Below are positions 8,961 through 18,371 of a DNA stretch of 20,000 nt, piece by piece. The stretch covers positions 449,384-469,383 of the forward strand of contig MU061544.1 in assembly GCA_013265495.1 (NCBI GenBank). Reading direction: 5' to 3'. How positions within the stretch are numbered: the first letter of the stretch is position 1; each line of letters begins with the position of its first letter. The notes under the pieces were generated by a model. It worked only from the letters and a program-made list of their open reading frames with translations, did no database searches and was not told where the DNA came from. Both the position numbers and the translations under genes were made by a program. This stretch comes from Vicugna vicugna (Eukaryota).

Positions 8961-10489
8961 TTCTGTGCTTATTTATCAATTTGTTAAAACTGAGGAAAAG
9001 AAGTCATAAATATTCTTTAATGGGTTTCTTAAACCCCAATATTTGATTGTGAAAGAGTTGAGAAAGGTAAGGAATTGTCAGATAAAATTGTAGGACACAT
9101 ATTTTTATTGCTATTATTTTAATAAATGAAAAGAACTAAATATATCGATGAGCTGAGAGAAGCTCTCTCCAGTGACAGAGTGACTCAGAATAGATCAGAG
9201 ATGGAGTAACCATCTCTGCTGGATGTGGGAGCAGTTAACATCAGAAACAAGATGAAGAAAATGGTAGAACTCTTTTAAGGGCTCTTAGCATTAGCAGAAC
9301 CCCTTATAAACTACGTCCAAAGTCAAGGACCATAGTTAATTCAGATGCAACAAGGGCCAATCTTGAGAACTTCATCAGCCAAGTAAGTATGAATTTAATG
9401 GAAGACAAGTAACAATGTGTTATATGTTATCATCTTAAGGATATTGGGGTTCACTTCTCTGCCCCTTTCAACTTATGTCACTACTTCTTTTCTAAAGTTT
9501 ATGAAATAATTTTATAGAAAAACTATGCTAGACAAGAATAAACTGATTAATTTTGACTAGAAATCTAATACTGTTTCTTAAAAACTGGATTGGACAAGTA
9601 GGAATGGAATTCTTAAGATCTAGAGCACATGTTCTTAATATGATGAATTCTGTGGATGATCCAAATATACCAGGACATTGCTTGCAAAATGTGCATGGGT
9701 ATTTTTCATAAGAAAGAGTTTATAATTCATTGGATGTTGAAACATATCTCTGACCCTTGAAAATGTTAAAAGCACTGGAACCTGAAACAAGCTTTTGGCA
9801 TGTGGTCTCCCATGCAGGTATGCCCTTGAAATCCTACTATACTTCTTCGTTCTACAGAGTCAAGCAGAAGGCACTTTCAGCCCTCATGCAAATCATCAAA
9901 AAGTCTCTTTCCCATCCCTCAAAATTAAATTACCCTCTCCCTTCAAATATTCTAGGCAGGACACATTTATTACTGAATTCAGAGGTTATATCCCCAAATT
10001 TCATATGTTCAGAGCAAGAGAAATGAATAAAACAGCATTAGACAATCTTTCTGCCCATGTGGAGACATTTGTTCAACCTCCATGTTGATTCTTTTCCATG
10101 TTCCTCTCTTCTACTTTTAGTGTATCTGTTTGATACCTACTTTCCTACATCAGTAAGAATTTGAGATGTGGGTAGGGAAAGAATGTGTGAAATCAATTAA
10201 AATTACAAACATTTACTATCTACCTGCCCTAAGTTTTCTTCCTTGGCTACCCAGAGCTAGATCTTACTTAGGTATCATATCCACAATTTCTCACCCACAT
10301 CAATTAATGATACAAATAACTGGGAAGGAATTATTTTTTCTAACATAAGCTTATAATTTGGTGGAACATGTAGTAAGTTTGATGACTCAACCAATCTGTC
10401 CCTACTTGGTCTTTGCAAGTTCTTACTGAAAACTAGAATCATGATCTGACAAACCAGCCTCTAATCCACGACTTTCACTTAGTCCTCTG

Positions 10490-10690
10490 GGACTTCCTAA
10501 CTCCCAGTCACTGAAAGTAGGTTCCCTAAGCCTAAGTGTTAACCTTCCTTCCTTTCATTGGTGTTCCATCCGTGTCTCTACTTCCCAAGTCACCATAATC
10601 ACGAGAAGCAAGGTGTTATTTATTATTCATTTATTTGCTGTCCTTAAATTCTGGGACAGCCCTGAACATAAAGTAGCATAAATGAAGAAA
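10490..10690 (+). mobile_element. L2 3'-terminal fragment (decayed)
   Basis: ATAATCACGAGAAGCAAGG...TTATTCATTTATTTGCTGTCC...CAGCCCTGAACATAAAGTAG...TAAATG resembles the L2 terminus. Confidence 0.45.
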
Positions 10691-10731
10691 AACAATCATC
10701 AGACAGTAAACCTGGAAAACACTGGCTATAA

Positions 10732-10931
10732 CTAGTCACGTGTTGGAAAATGTTTAAAAGTAAGCTCTAAAAAAAAAAAAAAAACAAACGAGAAAAGCTC
10801 TGATCTGTAGCATACCCCTTCTATAGCCAATTTCAAGTTATTAAATTAAGGTATCTTTGAAAATGAATTGGGTCAAGATGTACACAACCAGCTCTCTTGA
10901 ACTGCTATAGTCTGGCTCCAACACACCACTG
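10732..10931 (-). mobile_element. MER63-like (hAT-Blackjack) MITE
   Basis: GTGTTGGAAAATGTTTAA...TCTGATCTGTAGCAT...GCCAATTTCAAG...CAACCAGCTCTCTTGAAC...GGCTCCAACACACCACTGG matches the reverse complement of MER63. Confidence 0.8.
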
Positions 10932-11864
10932 GATGCCTCATACACATCAGGCAAAGTAAAATAGACCAGCAATAAAATTGTAAAAAATTCTCCCTTATCT
11001 TTGCAGTCTTCCCATCACCACCTTTTCAATGTACCTTTCCAAAATGTCAAAAACCCACGTCCTTTCTTGGAGATTTCATTTATATGTACATGTAAATATA
11101 TATATATATAGTTAAGAAATATAAATATTTTATAAAATTACATGGAAATAAATATATTTTATTTTAGAATAATATTAATTCAACTATATTTTACTAAAGT
11201 TCACTTTCTCTCAAATTGCTTTATAGATCATTATAATTAACATTTTATTAGAAAATGCAAAAAAACTATGAATAAGTTGAGAGCAGAAAGTTGAACAATA
11301 CTGCTTATAATTAATAGAATAGAAAGTTAAAAAGAATGAAATGGAAAGTTAAAACGAATGTCTTTCATGGACATTCACCATTTTTTCCTTGATTTTTAAA
11401 GCAACATCATTTTAAAAGGGGAAATACGGGATAGCCGTAAACCTGGGAAATCAACACTACATATTCAAATTATTACTAGGGCTATGAGATTAAAATTTTT
11501 TTCTTTACCTTGTTTCCTTTCAGAGTTAAAATCACATAAGTTAATCAAATTAATAGTTCAAAAACAAGAAAAAATATTTTTGAATGCACCAACAAAGAGG
11601 AACTAGCATGATGACAGACTTTATATTTTAGGAATTTTTACCCTAGACTTGTATTCCAGGATACATTTTTAAACAATTTTTATCTTGATAAGAATAACAG
11701 TGTGTATATTTTACAATGGCTTAAAAAGAAAAATTACATTGTTTATATACATATAAAATAAAGTATGTAGTTAGATATATTAATAGAATCACTGGAATAA
11801 TAGATAGAACTATGCTTATAGGACATGTTAATGGTATAAGGCATATTTGAACCTTTTTACTCCC

Positions 11865-12000
11865 TAGACCTGACTTCTCAACTGAGAAAGCTAAGGTGTA
11901 TAAGTGTTAAATAACTTACTCATGGTCACACAATTCAGAATGGCACAGTTGATATAAAAGCACTCTCTGATTTACTTCTAAGCCACATTATTTTCCATCA
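11865..12000 (-). mobile_element. MIR SINE fragment
   Basis: CAACTGAGAAAGCTAAGG...GTTAAATAACTTACTCATGGTCACACA...ATGGCACAG. Confidence 0.75.
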
Positions 12001-12069
12001 GGACTCTGCAAACTCTCAATAGAACAACAGTTTCAAGTTCTTCGTTTTTGTTAAGATGGAAAAGCATTT

Positions 12070-12260
12070 ACCAGCCAGCAGTATTCTGGCAAGTGTTTTT
12101 TAAGTACTTGGTATATACCCAAGATAGTATGGTACATACTGTAATGTATGAACAGATTAAGATAAATTTTAATTTGTGGGTTTTATTTATTCTAGAGGTG
12201 ATAATAAGACACATTAATCAACTTGTGAATATATGAACTTATATGTCAAGATGTATTACT
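12070..12260 (-). mobile_element. L2 3'-end fragment (decayed)
   Basis: CAAGTGTTTTTTAAGTACTTGGTATATACCCAAG...TTTATTCTAGAGG...AGACACATTAATCAA. Confidence 0.5.
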
Positions 12261-12269
12261 CAAAACTTA

Positions 12270-12550
12270 ATTTTTTTAAATTTCATGTTTTATCCCTCTC
12301 CCACCCTTTCCCTTTTGGTAACCATCGTTTGTTTTCTACGTCCGTAAGTCTATTTTTAGTTTGTAAATAAAATTTGTATCATTTTGTTTAGATGCCACAT
12401 ATTTGTGATACCATATGATATTTGTCTTTCTCTATATGACTTATTCCATTTAATATGATAATCTCTTGGTCCATCCATGTTGCTGCAAATGGCATGATTT
12501 CATTCTTTTTTATGGCTGAGTAGTATTCCATTGTGTGTGTGTATGTATAC
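12270..12550 (-). mobile_element. Younger artiodactyl-type L1 3' UTR fragment
   Basis: CCCTTTTGGTAACCATCGTTTGTTTTCTA...ATATGATATTTGTCTTTCTCT...GTCCATCCATGTTGCTGCAAATGGCATGATTTCATTCTTTTTTATGGCTGAGTAGTATTCCATTGTG. Confidence 0.92.
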
Positions 12551-13469
12551 AGATATTTATGCATTTATCACTGCCAAACTGCTTTGCTGACACACCTATG
12601 AGTATTAATGTACTTGGAGAAATATTCATAAAATAGGCACAAAATGCATTTTTGCCTTGAAAAGGAAATAATTCCATTCATTTAGACATTTCAACTTTAA
12701 TAAAGAAAAGTTAAATTATATTTTATGAGAAGGAATCAGTGACATTATCCAAGAATTATGCTTGTCTTATTTTTTGGCATGTTACTTTGTGGTAAAGCAT
12801 AATTTAAGTGGCTGAGTTTGTCAGAGCTTGGTGTTTTTCATATTATTCTGCTAACAATAGCAATGATTTCAATATATGAGAAACATCACTAACACTGTCC
12901 CTCATTAATTGATTTCCATAATTAAAATTTCTCAAGGGCAGTGGGGAATGCAAATTATGAACACAGTTATGTACTATACTACTTACTCTTCAATGAATGA
13001 GGCATACAGCACACCATTGGTTTTAGAATTGTAAACTATCTCTCATTTTCAAAGAATCTACATTTTAAATTAGTTTGCGGACAAAAAAAAGCACAGATTT
13101 TTAATTCCATATAATAATGTGCACAGTAATATGAGTCTTTTGAAAGCAACTTTAACCTAGTTTCAGCATTTTTTTCAAATTTTAAATTTTGTTTTTTGTT
13201 TTATTTATTTGTTTATCCTCCAGAGAGGAGATAACTAGTTAAAAGCCACATGATTTTGCTACACAGTCTGTAACTGGGGATGTTTTGTATACAATGCAAG
13301 TCTCAGAATTGTACTGTTTCCCCTAGACTGTTGAACAGTGATATGTATCTTGACTAGTAGTTTAGAATGAGATGCCAACTATTCAGGAAAGAGACAGTGA
13401 TGGTGGCACTACAATAAGTTTTAATTTGGAAAATAATTTAAAATAATTCCCAGGCTCATCAACACAGTT

Positions 13470-13512
13470 TATACACATACACCCACACACATGCACTCAC
13501 AGACACACACAA
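13470..13512. repeat. Degenerate (CA)n tract
   Basis: ATACACATACACCCACACACATGCACTCACAGACACACAC. Confidence 0.7.
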
Positions 13513-13839
13513 GGCTGAGTCATTCTTTTTAAATAATGAAGACATGTTTAATTTTGGTTAGACAATTAAAATAGGTTTCTAGAAAAGTCTGTCTTCAAGT
13601 TTCATAACATGGTTTAATAAGACATAATACAATTTTGAAGCAGTGATGAGAGAGATGAAGACTTGTTTGTTTCTTGATTTGTATTACTTTTATTTTTCCT
13701 GGAATTCTCTAGATTTGTGCTGCCCATCATTGTAGCCACTAGCCACATGCGGCTATCAAGCTTTTGAAAGACGGCAAGATCAAACTGACATATGTGCAGT
13801 AAGTGTAAAATATACACAAGATTTCAAAACCTTAGCATA

Positions 13840-13927
13840 AATATGTATACATACGCATGACGGACATTATGCTGTACATCAGAAACTGATACAATGTAAC
13901 TGACTATACTTCAATAAAAAATAAAAA
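13840..13927 (+). mobile_element. Artiodactyl/camelid-type L1 extreme 3' end
   Basis: GCATGACGGACATTATGCTGTACATCAGAAACTGATACAATGTAACTGACTATACTTCAATAAAAAATAAAAA. Confidence 0.88.
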
Positions 13928-14110
13928 GTTTCTTCTGTATAGCACAGGGAACTATGTTCAATATCTTGTAATAACCTTTAATGGAAAAAATATGAAAATG
14001 AATATATGTATGTACATGCATGACTGGGACATTATGCTGTACACCAGAGATTGACACATTGTAACTGTACCTCAGTTTAAAAAATTAAAAAAAAATTAAA
14101 ATTAAAAAAA
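13928..14110 (+). mobile_element. Second L1 3' end, immediately downstream of the first one's A-tail
   Basis: GTTTCTTCTGTATAGCACAGGGAACTATGTTCAATATCTTGTAATAACC...GACTGGGACATTATGCTGTACACCAGAGATTGACACATTGTAACTG followed by an A-rich tail. Confidence 0.9.
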
Positions 14111-14614
14111 TTTAAACATTTTAAATGTAAAATATTTCATTAACATTTTATTTAGATTTATGTTTAAATAATAATATCTTGGATATACTGGATTAAGTGA
14201 ATATATGATGATTAATTTCACTTTTTCTTCTTTTTTTCCTTATAGCTACTGGAAAATTTAAAATCACATACTGGCTAGCATTTATGCCTCTTACATATTT
14301 CTATTTAACATTGCTGTTCTAGGTAGTCTTTCTAGGTTATTTCAGATATTACAATATGTAACCAGTACATATTTACACGTGTGACTTGATGAGAGTCTCA
14401 GAGTTTTCTGATATTGCAGGAGAATTATAATTACCTTCCATACTTGGGGACAGATTATCTGAATAGAAGTTCTAATTTTCAGCATGGAGAATGTTACCAC
14501 CAAAAACCATTAAGTCAAGGAAACATTATGAACACAGATACAACCATTATCTCATATCACATCTCTATATCTACTCACTTCTTAATTTCCAATTTTCCAT
14601 TTCAAGGTTTCATT

Positions 14615-14850
14615 TATGTATTCATTCACCCACTTATCCAATAAACGATTTATCCTTTTGTTCACTTATTCATTCTTTTCAGCAAAAATATACCTTGACT
14701 CTGTTAAACATAATGTAAGGTTGTAGCCTTATGATGTGTAAGACCCTGCCCCTACTATCAAAGAGCACCTAGTACAGTGGCAGAAACTCACATAAATGAT
14801 TATAACAAAATGTAAAAACAATGATGAGAAATGCTTGGAAATTATGGAAA
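14615..14850 (-). mobile_element. L2 3' end
   Basis: ATTCATTCACCCACTTATCCA...TTATTCATTCTTTTCAGCAAA...GTAAGACCCTGCCCCTACTATCAAAGAGCACCTAGTACAGTGG...AGAAACTCACATAAA. Confidence 0.7.
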
Positions 14851-14859
14851 CTCTCCACT

Positions 14860-15035
14860 AGAAATCATCTATGCACCCCACCAATAAGACTGTCTCAGCT
14901 TACTAAAAACAAATTCATCATTGCTACTCCAATGCATCAAGGAAATGACTCCTCCTAATTCTCTCATTTCTTCAGTCAACCTGAAATTCACATTCGGTTT
15001 TACATCCTCCCAATACATTCAACCCTACTCTCAAT
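14860..15035 (+). mobile_element. Older L2 (L2c-like) fragment
   Basis: CTCAGCTTACTAAAAACAAATTCATCAT...CTCCTCCTAATTCTCTCATTTC resembles L2 (CTCAAACTCAACATGTCCAAAACTGAACTCATCAT...). Confidence 0.45.
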
Positions 15036-15039
15036 GCTC

Positions 15040-16010
15040 CCCACTGCTACCATCAATTTCTTCTCTTGCTTTCCAGGACTCCGTATTTTTTTTATTTTTC
15101 TCTTACCTCACTGGCTGAAACATAAAGACTCTTTCCCTCATTACTCCTATTAACCTGACACTCTTAACAATGGATTACTCTAGGTGTCTGATTTCACTCC
15201 TCTTCCATTTTCTATACACGAGACTCACTCTCTTGTTGACCTCCTCTAGTCTAATGGCTTTCAAATTCATCTGTATGCCCTTGGAACTCAGATTTATATC
15301 TTCAGCCTGAATTTCTTTTCTGAACTCTAGTAACATATATCCAAATGCCAATCTGTTATCTCCACTTGGATATCTAATAGATACCCCAAAACTTACATAC
15401 CCTCAAACTTACATACCCCTAACTGAAAAATTCTATAGCCCACACACCTCCAACTTTCTTCGCTCACAGACTTCCCCTTCGCTCAGTTCCATCCTTTTAC
15501 TTACTCATATCAAGAATGAGTCATACTTTGTTCTCTTTCTCTCACGAATCCCACTCAATTAGTCAGAGAAGTCTGTTGCTCTACCTACAAAATCTATCTA
15601 GTATCCACCATTTCTCATCATTCCCATTGATAGTATTTCCTTCCAAGCTACCATCATCTGTTGCCTGGATGACTGAAGGATCTTCCTAATCTGTCTCCGT
15701 GCTTTCACCCTTGCTTTCCTACAGTCTATTTACATCAGAAAAGCTGGAATAATCCATTATAAATAAGTCAGGTCAAATAATTAATGTTCCCCAAAGCCCT
15801 CAACTCCCCATTCCACACAGTGTTAAAGTCAAAATCCTTCACATAATCAAAAAAGATCCTTCCTGACCTGGATGCTGTTTTCTGGGCATCCTGTTCCCTC
15901 TGTTCCTTCTCCGACTTCATTTTCATTTTCTATGTTCTCGCCTCACTCACTACACTCTAGTCACACAGACCTCCTTGTTCTCTCTTAAAAAGGCTAGGTA
16001 CACTCCTGCA
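15040..16010 (+). mobile_element. L2a LINE ORF2 end / 3' region
   Basis: CTTGCTTTCCAGGAC...CTTACCTCACTGGCTG, TCTAATGGCTTTCAAATTCATCTGTATGC, ATCTCCACTTGGATATCTAATAG, TCCAAGCTACCATCATCTGTTGCCTGGA, CTACAGTCTATT, CTCTAGTCACACAGACCTCCTTG. Confidence 0.9.
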
Positions 16011-16059
16011 AATTCCTTAAAATTCTGTGTTAAAATTATAAAACTTTCCTCTTTTTTAT

Positions 16060-16512
16060 TTCCCTCTTGGAAGGAAAAATCTTAGTTCTTAAGCTGGCAT
16101 TTAAGGATCTCAATTTCATCATTTTGGTATTATCTTCTTAAAATCTCCAGGCTGCTAGATCCACTGTCTCCAAAACACATCATGGTCTTTCCCACTCCTG
16201 TCCTAATACTCACGCTGATCTCCCACTTCATGTGCGTCTCTATTTGTTACCATCTCTCCTTTTGCCAATGTTCAACTGAACGCCTGTCTCCTGTCTCAGG
16301 ATTTTTCTTATCACCAAAGCATATGCTATTCTCTCACTTGTCCAAAGACCAGTCATTATTAGTATCTGTACTTATCATCAACTATGAATTATACTGCTTT
16401 TACTATTTACTCCTTGCTTCAATACCTCAATTATAAATTCTTAAGACCAAAGTTTAAACTACTCTAAAATCCCTGTAGTAATAAGTATTTTATATTGGCT
16501 TACTCATTAAAG
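16060..16512 (+). mobile_element. Older L2 3' portion (decayed)
   Basis: CTTAAGCTGGCATTTAAGGATCTC...CTCCAAAACACATCATGGTCTTTCCCACTCCTG...TTATAAATTCTTAAGACCAAAG...TACTCATTAAA. Confidence 0.55.
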
Positions 16513-16794
16513 AGGTTCACATTGTATTTTTCATTGACTAAAGAGTTGAGTTCTTGACAATCCGTATGTTCAGAAATACTTCTCCATACAATGAAGAATA
16601 TGTAATAAAACATACTACATTTTCCTTGTTGGATATTTATGACCAAATTTGGAGCATGATCAACAAAGCTGAACCAGAAGAGTTTCCATTCATATAGAAA
16701 AATAGAAGGATTTACACTAAAATTAAACAAAAGCACTTAAGGCATTTTCATGACTTGAAAAATTCTCATAATAACAGTTAAAACTGAAGAGACT

Positions 16795-16960
16795 TTTGTA
16801 TCATAAGCACTTTACATCCCTGTTTTTGTTTAATCCTCACCATGCATGCTTATACACATTTTGGAAATGATGAGACTGAGTCTTAGGCACAGTAAATAAC
16901 TTGTGCAAGGTACAAGCTCCTAAGTGATACAGGAGGGAATTGAATCAAGGCTGTCTCATT
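16795..16960 (-). mobile_element. MIR SINE
   Basis: TAAGCACTTTACAT...TTTAATCCTCACCA...CATTTTGGAAATGATGAGACTGAG...TAAATAACTTGTGCAAGGT...GAATTGAATCAAGGCTGTCT. Confidence 0.85.
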
Positions 16961-17021
16961 CACACACAATCACACAAACATATTCAGAGTGAAGACTCAT
17001 TAAAGCATATGACATACAAAA

Positions 17022-17142
17022 CTCCGACTTTACAGATGTAGAAACTGAGATACAGGTTAAATGCCTTACCAAGGTCATACAGGTACTAAGTGAACAACTA
17101 AGATGAGATGAGGAAGCCAGTGGCTCCAAGTACGCTGCATTT
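17022..17142 (-). mobile_element. MIR SINE core fragment
   Basis: TTTACAGATGTAGAAACTGAGATACAGGTTAAATGCCTTACCAAGGTCATACAG. Confidence 0.8.
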
Positions 17143-17819
17143 CAGAAGGCAGCTACCAGTCTTCGAGTTAATGCCTGGAGGCTCATAGTATTTGCCATAG
17201 GTAGCTAAAGTAATATATTTCTATATTTAAAATTCTCCAATGTTCAGTGTTAAACCAACTCCACAGCTGTAGATAAATATACTAGTACACTTCCTAGTAA
17301 ATATACTAGCATCTAGTATACTAGGTACCTTTTTTTTTTAAGTGAGAAAAGAATCAAGGTGAGAGAAAATTTGTATATACACACAGAGAGACAGAGACAG
17401 CTGTTCCCTGTGTTTCTGAAGAAGGGGCTGCACCATTCCAGGTACTTTCCTTTGCAGCTCTACCAGGGAGTGTGTCTTCACTTTTTCATGAACTCAGATG
17501 TTCTCCTCTTTTTCCCTAAAGCCTACATTAGAAACTCATTTGGCATTTGCAGGTATTCATAAAGGAATTCAAGTTACTTCCTACACATACCTGTTCTGAT
17601 ATAGCCAAAAACCATTTGGTGACATTATCAACTCATTAAAGTGAAAGATGTGACAGAAAGAGCACATGCCACATGGAATAAATATAAAAGCGTCAACCAC
17701 TTAAATGGAAAAAAAAATCCATCTGGCTAATTTCTCTCTGAAAAATGAGTTGTGTATTAAACTCCTTCCTTAATACGTGACAGCCAATTAATCTCAAAAC
17801 ATGAGGAGAAGCCTATAGT

Positions 17820-18100
17820 ATTCAATTTAATTAAAACCAATACTGATTAAGAATCTCCTATATGTAACACATGCACTAGATTCGAGGAAAATTATTTAGA
17901 AGAATAAAAGACAGTCACTCCCTTAAGGGTGCTTGTCTTCTAAAGGGACAGGAGTAGTAAAAGGGGAATTGGATAAAAATGCATGCCAAAGAAGTTCAAG
18001 ACAGAATGAACAACTTCCGTATTACAGAATGAGAATCAATCATTATGTAATTGAGAAGGAACTGAAAAAGATGCAAAAGATGCTGTAGGTGAGCATTCAA
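17820..18100 (-). mobile_element. L2 3'-end fragment (decayed)
   Basis: ATTCAATTTAA...AATACTGATTAAGAATCTCCTATATG...AATAAAAGACAGTCACTCCCTTAAGGGTGCTT. Confidence 0.55.
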
Positions 18101-18185
18101 GACCAACATATTTAGCACATTATCTACTATTATTATCTGCCCAGAACATACTTTGTCTCACACACCGTGAAAAAAAGAATATTAC

Positions 18186-18371
18186 AAATATCAACTATTA
18201 TATACAAAATAGATAAACAAGAAGTTTCTTCTGTATAGCACAGGGAACTACACTATCTCATAGTAAGCTATAATGAAAATATGAAACAAATATATGTATG
18301 TATATGTATGACTGAAACATGGTGCTGTACATCAGAAACTGACACACTGTAACTGACTATACTTCAATTTA
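18186..18371 (+). mobile_element. Artiodactyl/camelid-type L1 3' end with TSD
   Basis: AAAATAGATAAACAAGAAGTTTCTTCTGTATAGCACAGGGAACTA...TGCTGTACATCAGAAACTGACACACTGTAACTGACTATACTTCAAT; TSD AAAAAAAGAATATTAC (18170-18185) and AAAAAAAGAACGTATTAC (18372-18389). Confidence 0.9.

Larger units (their letters stand above)
13715..14316. mobile_element. MER33/MER3-family (hAT-Charlie) element split by two L1 tails
   Basis: Left arm GTGCTGCCCA...GTAGCCACTAGCCACATGCGGCTAT...GTAAGTGTAAAATATACAC; right arm AATGTAAAATATTTCATTAA...GCTACTGGAAAATTTAAAATCACATA...ATATTTCTATT...GCTG; 8-bp TSD-like CTCTAGAT (13707-13714) and TTCTAGGT (14317-14324). Confidence 0.88.

Noticed and set aside
11379..11442. Coding exon on the - strand
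   Set aside because: Stop codons in all three frames
14414..16736. ORFs 14414-14644, 14491-14718, 14921-15118, 16182-16436 and 16500-16736
   Set aside because: Short, mostly overlapping L2 remnants, with no recognisable domain or exon structure
5885..18371. Recurrent ~200-bp repeats as a CRISPR-like or dispersed functional array
   Set aside because: Irregular spacing, poly(A) tails and TSDs identify them as L1 retrotransposition products; the context is eukaryotic
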